The notes under the pieces are model-generated. The model had not been told where the DNA came from and did not search any database. It saw only the letters and a list, made by a program, of their open reading frames with translations. From contig NW_026865766.1 in the NCBI RefSeq assembly GCF_026571515.1, positions 1 through 64,000 of the forward strand: DNA of 64,000 nt, read 5' to 3'. This DNA comes from Ruditapes philippinarum (Eukaryota). The first letter of the stretch is position 1; each line of letters opens with the position of its first letter. This document shows positions 1 through 11,600 of this stretch, piece by piece. A program made the translations under genes and the position numbers.

Positions 1-447
1 TTCCCACATACTAGTGAGGGGTCAAATACATTCAAATGTGTAAAACAATCATCATGTTAATATGCGTTTATAGGTCCAATAGCTGATTGTATAAATAATC
101 ATTTTAGTCAAATACATTTATACAGTACAACAATAATAGAACTTTTATGCATAATAAGTAATTGTAGTTATTTATTAACATCATTAATTAGTCTTTGTCA
201 ATGTACATCTCAAAAGATAATGTGGGTTAGTCATTGTTGAGCTTTTTTACAAATTCTATTTCTTTTATGTGTTGTCATTTAAAATGCCTTTGTTGAATAC
301 ATATAGTTACTAGTCCTTTGTTAATTGTGTTATCAAATCAGAATTAGCTTATGTTATCTTATTATTGTTTTGTTTATGTACATTTAATGTACTGATATTT
401 TATGTAATTGTATGCCTGAGAAGGCCCATGATTGGTAATAAAACATT

Positions 448-490
448 ATTCTATTCTATTCTATTCTATTCTATTCTATTCTATTCTATT
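448..490. repeat. (ATTCT)n microsatellite
   Basis: About 8 direct tandem copies of CTATT. Confidence 0.95.
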
Positions 491-657
491 CAACCAGAAA
501 GTCTCCGAGGTAGTCTTGAGGTATCTTGGGATAATAAGACCGACCGGTTTTTTACTAGTAAAATTCCATATCTAAGCGATCAGTATCTTTCCCATATTTC
601 CCGCCAATACCACAGTCCAAACGGAAACAGGACGTTTTACAGGACAGGAAACAGGAC

Positions 658-1951
658 GGTAGTCAGACTATTCTCTCCCTTACCAGTTCCTACCCTGACG
701 TTTCCTCCCTGACGGTTCTCTCCCTATTTTGGGGGAGAACCGTCTGCATATTTGCAAATAAGCAGACAGTTCCTCCCCATTCTTATTTTTATTATTACAT
801 TATTATTAAAGTATTTAGATGATAAATAAATGGGTAAGTTTATTATAAATTTATATAAATTAGAGAGAAAATACTTTAATGAAGTATTCAGATGTTTAAA
901 TCAAGTTTCAATTTTGTTAGCATCATCAGCAACAATAAATCGGTAAGTTTATTATAAAAAATTAATATAAATTAGAGAAATAAATATTTTATTGAAGTAT
1001 TTAGATGTTTAAACTTTTTTTTTTTAACATATAATAATAATAATTGATCATTGATGATATTAGTTAATTATTCTGATTTTTTAATTAGATGTAATGTATA
1101 CTTTTTAATGTGTTTAGACAGTTTAGTCATTGAAAATAATTAATGAATAATTTACTTGATTAGAATAATCGTAAGATATTATTTATTTATATTTTTTTTA
1201 ATAAATAAAAATGAAATTTATAGGCAAAAAATGATTAATAAATTCTAATTGCTAAACTGTTGTATAATGATAAAAGGAGTTCAATACACACATGTAATGA
1301 TGTATGTATTAAGTTTGCTGTCAGTGATAATTGAGGTGTTTATTAATTCATTACTCAAGAATCAAGGTGTTGATTAGATTAAAATAGCTGTGAAAAGGCG
1401 TTGATGAATAAGTATTATATTAGTTATTTGGTATTATATATTGTTTCAAGTTAATGACTACATTTTTTAAATCAATTTCGTAAAAAAGTAAATGTGGAAT
1501 GTGTTTGCATACCAGTTGTTGTTTATTTATTTTCTAGAACATACTTGTTTCCACCTTATTCACTATTAAACAAATAAATGAACATCACAAGCTAGACCTT
1601 ACCATAATTACAGGCGTATATTAATCACTGTCCAATGATCTATATCTCTCACAATAAAGGTGTTGATAGGATTAAAATAATGAAAAACGTGTTAAATTTA
1701 CAAACACTTTTCAGCTGATAAACATAAAACATAAAATGCAGTTTATTAATATCAAACACATTCTTTTAATAATCTTCATTAAGAGATATTATTAGATTAA
1801 GTCAAAACTAAAATGATAACTTATAAAAATAAAATTGGGGGAGAACTGTCTGCATGTTTCAAATTTGGGAGAGAACTGTCAGGGGAGGAAACGGTTAGGG
1901 AGAGAACCGTCAGGGAGAGGAACTGGTAAGGGAGAGAATAGTCTGTCATTC
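658..1951. mobile_element. Non-autonomous Mutator/MULE-like DNA transposon
   Basis: ~120-bp imperfect TIRs with internal subrepeats (GACTATTCTCTCCCTTACCAGTTCCT / AGGAACTGGTAAGGGAGAGAATAGTC). Perfect 9-bp TSD AAACAGGAC at 649-657 and 1952-1960. The interior is AT-rich and non-coding. The superfamily is inferred from TSD length. Confidence 0.8.
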
Positions 1952-3289
1952 AAACAGGACAGGATACGTCTTGGGGCCGAAACGTCTCGAAATCGTTCAA
2001 ACAAGCATAAGTATGAATAAAAGAAAATACACATTATTTTTTTATTTATTTAGAAACAATCTTAAATTTTATTAACAAGGGTTAAAAGTGTATTTATGTA
2101 CAGTTTTTATTTGTTGTTTTTATCCGCATTGTATGTTTAATGTTTTCTTTACATCCACATATTCATTAATCCTATTTTCCTTAAGGATTATTTGTTCTAT
2201 TTTACCTCCCTGCTTGAACGTGTAGTTTGTATTAGGTTTATTTTGACGGGGCTTCTAAGATAATTGAACAGCCACAGTCAAGATTATTTAAAAAATATTC
2301 TGTAATCCTATCATTTGGATTCAATAAGAAATTATTGATGAAAGAAAAACTGCCAAATTATTGAATTTCTGGAAAGTTTTCCTTTGTTCTGTTCACTGTT
2401 TAGTTTATCGATCTATATTTCTGTATAGTATTATGTATGGAGGTCAAAATATCTCGTTGTTTACGTTTTGCTTCCTCATCATAAATTATTTGACATTCAT
2501 TATTTTCATCCGGTGATATAAGCATCTCACATGTTCTAAATCTTTTATTGCAAATTATGAAACAGGTGTTTTTCCCTTTTCTTTCTTATGCATAACATTT
2601 GAGCCTTTTAAGCTAAATGCTAAGATTGAAGTAAAAACCTCTAATTTTACAGATCTCTAGAAAATCTGAGGGTCAAGATGATTACCGTCAAGATACAGAA
2701 CTTTAAATAATTTATGGTAAAACACCTTAGAACGGTTAAATCTTTGACAATTTTCTAATGAATGTCAACAACGAAGAAATTTAAAGTGAGCCAGACCTTG
2801 ATTTACCTCATTTATTTTGTTTTTACAGTTACGTACGTTTTTAGTAGCAAGCAACATTTACCCTTACAAATTTTTCCATACAATTTTTTATCTGTTGCAT
2901 AACTCAAGAAGAAATGGACATGAATCAAACTAAAACTTCATAAATAGGCAGAATATATTGTGGGAAAATGCATGAGAATTTTGTCTCTCAAACGTACATA
3001 ATTTTTACAATTTATTTCACTTTCGACCAGTAAGATGATAATTAACAAGAAAAAAGCTTAGAACAGCGGCAGTCGGTCGGATGCTTCATTATTAACTTTT
3101 TCAAATCTATATTTTTATTTATTAAAAACGTTTTATAGTCAGCTGCCTGCCATACACGGACGTAGAGCTTTAGAATACATATAAACTCCCTGATAAATGA
3201 AGTTTTTTTTATTTCATCTTTTCCGTTCCATAATTCCTAATGGTGATTTCTATACTTTGGGGTAAAATAAATATCGCTAAAACACGCGA

Positions 3290-3345
3290 GATTCAGTGAC
3301 GCAAAGCAGCGAGAGAGTTCATCGATAAAATTTATTTTACGTTAG
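3290..3345 (+). other. Candidate non-coding first exon of PPP4C
   Basis: The ATG exon opens at an acceptor (ttccag/5601), so an upstream UTR exon is needed. A CpG-richer stretch ends in a donor-like ttag|gtaatt at 3345/3346. The start is approximate. Confidence 0.3.
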
Positions 3346-4104
3346 GTAATTTATAAGTAGTTTAAGTTCATTTTCTATTTTAGAACTTAACCAAATTACA
3401 ATAAATTCAGTCGATTTTCTAAAACATATAACGATTACTTTTCAAAGCATCAAATGTGATGGAAAACGTAGTAATCGCTTGTTGTTCACCAAGATTTCGT
3501 TGTTGTTGTTGTTGTTGAAACTTGTAAATCTCTGTATTAGAAGGTTGTTTGGCCTGCAAGTCACATTATAATTTCTCTGATTATTTTATTTCAAAAGTCA
3601 TTGTATTATAGTGACTATATCCTGAAAGAGATCTCTGTGTCATGTACAAGTCTTACTCCTCAAACATGTAGACAATTCTCTTTCTTCTGCCCCTGACAGT
3701 TCTTCCCAAATTTGAAATATGTAGTCAGTTCTCCCCCTAAAAATTTTTCTATTATATAATATGAAAATAGGCAAAGCCTATGAACGGGGAAGTCGGTAAA
3801 AAATCCTTTCATTTTTCCGTTTTAAAGGTGTCATTCGGTATTATATGTACCCACTTCCGTTTTCACTCGGAACACTCGACGATTATTATTAATCCGAAAA
3901 GTTGAGGTTTGTTACGTTATCGGAATACACCGCCTTTTATCATTGAGTTACATTGTAAATGGCGGCGCCTATCTAGAACTGACACTGAAAATTTCATTGA
4001 TAGGTATAGAATTCTATATATATATATTTTTTTTTTTTAATTTGAATTTTCTTTTAAATATACACGTGTAGTCTATAGCCGGGCAAGCCAAAGCCCGGGC
4101 GGAC

Positions 4105-4880
4105 TTTGACTTCCCCGTATTAATTTTCATATTTCATTATATAAAAGGCAGAGATCTCTTGAGATTTTGGCTCTAAAAATGAAAATGGCGCAGGAAAATT
4201 GGCAGCAAAGGACCAAAGGCGTCTTAAATTTGTTCTGGACTTGTATAAGCACAGAAACAAAACCTGTTTGTAGAATATCCAGTCCAAACCAGTACAAAGA
4301 AACAGCGACAGGTTTATACTGATGTTGCAACTCAACATGGCGTTGTATAGGTGGTAGTCACACTATTTACTCCCTTACCAGTTCCTCCCCTGTGTTGCAC
4401 GTAGCTCAAAAATTATTGGGCCTAGGGTCATGAAATTTTACAAAAATGTTGATCAGCATGTGTAGTTTTGCACCTGGGTATTTTTGTGTGGATTTGACTT
4501 CCCCGTATTAATTTTCATATTTCATTATATGAAAGGCAGAGATCTCTTGAGATTTTGGCTCTTAAAATGAAAATGGCGCAGGAAAATTGGCAGCAAAGGA
4601 CCAAAGGCGTCTTAAATTTGTTCTGGACTTGTATAAGCACAGAAACAAAACCTGTTTGTAGAATATCCAGTCCAAACCAGTACAAAGAAACAGCGACAGG
4701 TTTATACTGATGTTGCAACTCAACATGGCGTTGTATAGGTGGTAGTCACACTATTTACTCCCTTACCAGTTCCTCCCCTGTGTTGCACGTTGCTCAAAAA
4801 TTATTGGGCCTAGGGTCATGAAATTTTACAAAAATGTTGATCAGCATGTGTAGTTTTGCACCTGGGTATTTTTGTGTGGA
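4105..4880. repeat. Near-perfect 388-bp tandem duplication (4105-4492, 4493-4880)
   Basis: Direct comparison shows only a few substitutions; it explains the twin ORFs 4127-4330 and 4515-4718. Confidence 0.95.
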
Positions 4881-5559
4881 TTTATTTAGTATTTGTAGAG
4901 AATTTTGTCCTTGACTTTAGTAAAAATTTGCAACTTTCAACTTGTGTGACATGTAGCTCAAAAGTATTTGACCTAAGGTCATGAAACTTTACAGGCATGT
5001 TTATCAGCATGTGAAGTTGTGCACCTGGGGTTTAGCTTGTGAATTTATATGTTTTGTCAGAGTTATTGCCCTTGGCTTAGTGAAAACTTGCAATTTTCAT
5101 TATTGTCATACGTAACTCAAAATGTATTTAACCTAGAGTCATGAAACATGACAGTAATGTTGATCAGTATGTGTAGTTGTGCACCTTTTGTTTCTCTTGT
5201 GGTTTTATCCAGTATTTGTAGAGTTATTGCCCTTGACTTATTAAAAACGTTTCATTATGTTGTGTTATTTTTTCTTTGATTGCTTGAGTAAGAATCAACC
5301 AACTTGTTCATGCATAGCTCAAAAAGTATTTGACCTTTAGGCCTGAAAGAATGTTGGTAAGCATGTGTACTTATGCACCTTATGATGTGCTTATGGATTT
5401 ATTCAGTATTTGTAAAGTTCTCACCCTTTACATAGCAAAAGATTTTTAGTTTTCAACTTGTAAAACATGTAGCCAAACAAATATTTGACCAAAAGTCATA
5501 AGATTGACAAAACAGTGGAGTGTGGGGGCACCCATGGCCCATGGACACATTTCTAGTTT
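4780..5559 (+). mobile_element. Helentron/HINE-like relic with degenerate ~120-bp tandem units
   Basis: Repeated GTAGCTCAAAA..GTCATGAAA..CAGCATGTG..GCACCT units ending in GGGGGCACCCATGGCCCATGGACACATTTCTAGTTT. Confidence 0.55.
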
Positions 5560-5610
5560 GTCCTAGAAATGTAATACAATTATTTTGTTTTGTATTCCAG
5601 TTACAATAAG

Positions 5611-8600
5611 ATGACAGACGTCAGTGACTTAGACAGGTGAGTGTCTGTTTCATGTATTATAACTAGTAAACTACATCTCAATAAGCTTAAATTACATTAA
5701 ATTACATAGAAAAAATTCTTCTTTATAATAAGTTCATAGAAAGTTTAGATTTCAACAATTTACAAATCAGTGTTTTGCATCTAGAATTTCAAAATTATTG
5801 GGGATTGTCCCGCACTCAACAAAAAAATGTGGGGGGCATACATTTACCTAACAATATGAGGTACCGAAAAGATTTCATTTATTTTACGTTCAGGCATTTT
5901 TGACAGCTTTCGTCTGCCCGCCCCACAACGGAAAAAGAAAAAAACAAATATTGATGAATACTTGTAAAGTGCGCAGATCAAACCATCAATACAATGCCTG
6001 GTCAACTGCTACGGGCAATTTAGTATGCATTTTAGCAATTACCATGAGTGAAAACAAACATGGCACAACTGTTCAAGATACGATGAAGATTACCTGAATT
6101 AAGTTAAAAGTTTGTTAGATGAGCGACTTGGTGCACATTGACTTCATTAAAATGGGCGATCTGCAAAAAATATGCACAAATAAAGCTAGATGCAACTCTG
6201 CAACAAATTGATATTTTATAACCCTGATGAAGACTTGTGAGATTCAAAACGTCAGTTATCATCATTAAATAAAGTCCTGTGTTGATTGTTTGTTCCACTT
6301 TTATTAATTTTCTAAGTATACAGAATATATACCACAAATAAAAGTTTGCAGTGATTTTCCTACTTATATAACAGACTTTGAAAAAAGGCCTCTTCCCAAT
6401 TGAAATTTTCTTTAAAATCATGCAGTTTTCCCAAAAATCTGAACTTAAACCAGCTTTTTTACTTCCCGAATCAGCAGTTTTAGCAATAATTTTTCCCAAA
6501 ATCAAGAAGCTAAGGCCTCTTCCCAATGAAGTGAAAAAATCACTGGTTTGCTGTCTATGATGGTTATCATATGTAAAATTACACAACAATGAACATTAAA
6601 AGACTGTGAATCAAAATGTTGATGATGCAAAGGCTATTATTTTGTTTGGTTTTGAACAAAAATTGAATCTAATTCAAAACTGATAAATGATTGAGTCATT
6701 ATATTATTTTGTCTTGCAGACAAATTGAGCAGCTTCGCCAGTGTAAAATAATCAAAGAAAGTGAAGTGAAGTCACTATGTGCAAAGGCACGTGAAATACT
6801 TGTAGAGGAGAGCAATGTACAAAGAGTTGATTCACCAGTCACAGTAAGTGTGTTTTGTATCTATTCAAATTGTCAGTTTACTCAGTTATATGACAAACTT
6901 TCTTGTGTATGTCAAGTGCTAGCTGCAAACATTTAAATTACTTTGTTATAAAGGTTGACCATTTCTGTTAATCAGTCACATTTATTTTTTCTAAAAGTTC
7001 TAGATGTACGAGGGATGTCCGGAAAGTTCATATACTTCTTCATTTTTTATTGTATAACAATACATACGTTGTACAAATTTTGTCAGCAAAAATATACATA
7101 TCTAGCGAACACATTTATCAAAAATTACTGAACTGTGACTTACGTTTGTATTTTAACAGCATTTACATACAACATATATACATCGTCATGGAGCACTTTG
7201 ACAACGTCAACGGCGTCAAATTAACTTCATGTTTACCCGCTATTCAATTTTTTCCGATTTCAACAGCCATGTTACCTGTCTGGCGTATACTTTATTCATG
7301 TTATAATGCTTTTACTTTATGAATTTCATATTTTAAAATATTATTTTAAAACAAAAGTGTCACTGGTTCCCATACAATGTGTGAGATGTCAAAAGGATGT
7401 TGTAACGCACAATACGATATTTTGCCCATGCTCTCTTTTGTCGTCTGGAGCGTTTCTTATACGATATACTGTCATCGCCGTTTCATAATCTTGTTTGACA
7501 TTAAAACATAGTTGCCTTTAACATCTCATGGTTGGTTTTGTTTTTAAAGTAAATATTAAAATCTCAGTTGGTGCCTTATTAGCGTTGCTATGAAGTTAAA
7601 TATCATTACGTTGCTCCGTCCGTGAATTTGACGTCATCTTTGCAACACAAAATTTATGCACCTTCGTTGCCTATAATCGTCGTTAACAAGTTGTTTATTT
7701 GCGTATGACGTTATAATTTTCACTAAATATTATGTAATAGTATCTTGTAATGTCACAAAATTAAAACGAGAGTTTGCATTAAAATTACAACTTTTAGCAA
7801 CTTATTATTCGTGTAGCTATCGTCATGAAATCAAAGTGCTCCGTGATTCGTTGATTATGTTGCCATGGTGATCAGCGCTTTGCGAATGTTACTTTTATCA
7901 TGTTTTTTTAATTTAGAAATATGTAGCAGATAAATACTTTAGCAAAATATTCAAACATCATATTGATGTGACTGCTTATAATAATTTTATAGCCTTGTCT
8001 ACGAACTTTCCGGACAGCCCTCGTATATTTGAATTCTATTTCAGGTATGTGGAGATATACATGGCCAGTTTTATGACTTGAAGGAGTTGTTCAAAGTAGG
8101 TGGAGATGTGCCGGACACTAACTACCTATTTATGGGCGACTTTGTTGACAGAGGATTTTACAGTGTAGAAACTTTTCTACTTTTATTAGCTTTAAAAGTA
8201 AGTACATGTACTAGATCTTCGTAAGACTTAAGTCAGTGTATTTTAAATTAAGATGAAAGTCCAGTATGGAGATATGATGCTACTAACAGCAGACTGTATG
8301 GTTTCAATTGTATGATGCAAATCATATCAAATATTAATAAATTTCTTATTTTGCTTTCATTTTATATATATCACAGTATAGAATTGCCCACTAATTTGGG
8401 ATAAAATGTGTAAGTGGCCAAGCAACTCAGTAGAGCTGAAGATTGGTATCTTAAGGAACTCTTTGAAGTGGCAGCACGGCCGAGTGGTTATGGCCTTTCA
8501 TGATCTTGAATGAGAGATAGTTTATTTTATAAAAAAAGTCTATTTACTGATTAGCTGATTGTATAATTAATATAGAACATGAGTGATGTCTGTCAGTTCC

Positions 8601-11600
8601 TTCATTGTTTGTTGAGCTGTATTAGTAATTTGTTAACATTTAAGCTGCTGAATCTCTGTAAATTAATGTTCTGTCTTATTAAAGTTTGTCAGCCATTAGT
8701 ATAGAACTTGATCAGACTGAACACACTAATCAATTTCAGTTTCAAATAAGGGTTGAAATTTATTAGTTAAATCACTCCTATTTGATTGTTCCAAATTCAA
8801 AACATTTTCATTAAATAAAAAGAGTCAGGAAGGTGGTGATTAAAACAAATGAATTTGAATTTCTCTAAGCTGCAGTTAAAGCCACTTTACAGCATAATTT
8901 TAGAGCAAAGGACCTCATTTGCTAATGTTTTGGTCATTTTGAGCTAAGGACTTCAGTTGCTAATATTTTAGCCGTTTCTTCCCCAAAAAAATTTGCATAC
9001 CTGTATCTATATATATTGTGAAGAAAATGTTTTGGAAAAGCAGAAAGACAAAATATGTAGGGATATGATTTAAGAAAGAGGGTAGTTTGGTAGACCTGAA
9101 ATGAAGCAATGTTTTGTCCTCAGAGTAGTTTGTAGTTCATTTTATAAAGTTTTACTGGTGTTTATTATAGGTCAGATACCCAGACAGAATAACGTTGATA
9201 CGAGGGAACCACGAAAGTAGGCAGATTACACAAGTATACGGTTTTTATGATGAATGTTTAAGGAAATATGGGTCAGTAACTGTATGGAGATACTGTACAG
9301 AAATATTCGACTACCTTAGTTTGTCAGCCATTATAGATGGAAAGGTATGGAATTTATGTAACTTTAAAACTAAATTTATTCACTATGTGCATCATTCATT
9401 AAGTCAATTCAAGCGTGAGGTTTATAAATAGGAATCATTATGTAACAGTAGTGCAAGAGACAAGAATCAGATGGCACGTCATTACCATCTATCATGGCCT
9501 GCACTGTTTGCTTTTCAGTCTTTAAATTTTCTTTTAAAATCATAAATGGCTCTGCCAGATTCAGTCATTGAATTTAAGATTTTTGAATTACTGGCCTGAA
9601 TTCAAATTTTGAATTTATTCTACTATATATTTAACTAAATTTTCTTAAAATTTACACTGGCCTGAACTAATTTTCACTGGCCATGGGCCACCGGGCCAGT
9701 GCTAAATTCGATAACTGCAGATTGAAAGTTCATTTCAGATATTAGTAATACTACTAAGTATTTATCATGGTAAGGTTAAAAAATCTCATTGACATATATT
9801 ATAGTCGAGAAGAACTTTAAAGACTAGCTTTAAAGCATGCAATTCTTATGTTATTGCAGATATTTTGTGTACATGGAGGTTTATCACCATCAATACAGAC
9901 ATTGGACCAAATACGATCTATAGACAGAAAACAAGAAGTTCCACACGACGGTCCAATGTGTGACCTTCTCTGGTCAGACCCTGAGGGTATGTCAAACACT
10001 TATTGACTTGTATAAAGAAATGCAACATTTAAATGCCTACAAGATTTATTTGTAATGACAGGTTGTCTTGTTTTATCAAATAAAAAAGGGAAAATGTATG
10101 TTCATCAGTTTTAAATTTATGCATATTCATAGTGTAAAAAAGATTTTGGAAAGAAAGTTTGATTTCAGATATCTTGGTTTGGGGCATATAAGTGCATTTT
10201 AAAGGAATTAGCAAATTTGAAATCCATAGTTTTGACATGGATTTATATGTGAATAGATATCTGTTATTTTGATATGTTTGCTTTGGAAATGGCCCTGTAT
10301 GTAAAATGGAATTTTTTGTTTTAGATATGCAGGGTTGGGGTGTAAGTCCACGTGGTGCAGGTTATTTGTTTGGTAGTGACGTAGTCTCCCAGTTTAACAC
10401 AGCTAACAATATAGACCTGATATGTCGAGCACATCAACTTGTCATGGAAGGCTACAAGTGGCATTTTAATGAAACAGTCCTAACAGTATGGTCAGCCCCA
10501 AATTATTGCTACAGGTGAGATGTTTACTCTCTTTTATCATCATTAGTCTCTCCATGTCGACTTGTTAGACATTAGTTGGTCTGTGTACCTTTGTTTTGTG
10601 CTGACATGACAGTAATAGTATATGTATTAATGTGATGATTTGATTGAAAATGAGTCCCTGATAAATAATTGATATTTTGATTGAAAATGAGAAAGCATTT
10701 TCCCTGATCTATATAAAATGACACATGGAGAAATTGTAGTTAGTAAGGTGGCTTTCTGATGTTATGTTTCAAACCAGCTGAAAATTGCTGGTATCCATCA
10801 AAGATAAATAAAAACGGCCACTTTACATAAATGTAATTATTTTAAACCATATCATCAGCTACAACTTCGCTTTCTGTGAGAAAAGATGCTATCAAGCATA
10901 AAAATTTTTTTTATGAATAATGACTGATGGTTTTCCCCACATTTGGTAATCTTTTGTCTTTATGGTTTGATTTCTGTTATTATTTATCATCTTTGGGTTT
11001 GATTATTTGACTGATACTGCTGTGGGATCTAATTTCACTAGAGATGTTGAATAATTTGATACTGTTAGATTAATCATGTATTGAAAGCAATGTGCTTAGT
11101 TACAGATTTATGTTAATTTGTACGAAACAATAATTGTTTGTATGAGTAAAAAATTTGTCAAGTCTTCAAAATCAGTGATTTATCAAAGCCTAGGGCACTT
11201 AATACTATCATAAATGCAGACATTTCTCTTACATTGTTAGTTATTTGATAGAATTTTGGTGATTAAAATAGAAATAAGAAATTGTCAAATTTTTCAGAAT
11301 ATATACATTTCTTATATTTATCTTATGTTTGATGGTTTGAAGATTTATTATACTCATCTAGATGCATGCTGCTTTAAGTCAAGCACATATGTATCTTAAA
11401 ACTTACATTAAACTTTTATTTTGATTGATATATTACAGATGTGGTAATGTAGCGGCTATATTAGAACTAGATGAACATTTACAGAGAGATTTTACTATAT
11501 TTGAAGCTGCCCCACAGGTATACTTTATTCATTAAACAAATTTGGATAGGACTGATCTTTCTGTTTTTGTAATAAATATTATTCAGAGAAACAATTTTAT

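Noticed and set aside
365-712. 115-aa ORF with FYSIL repeats
   Set aside because: Translation of the ATTCT microsatellite and a TE end.
4120-4718. Twin 67-aa minus-strand ORFs
   Set aside because: By-product of the 388-bp duplication; non-ATG starts and no recognisable motif.
6104-6589. 161-aa minus-strand ORF in a PPP4C intron
   Set aside because: No ATG start, motif or splice support; likely chance or repeat-derived.
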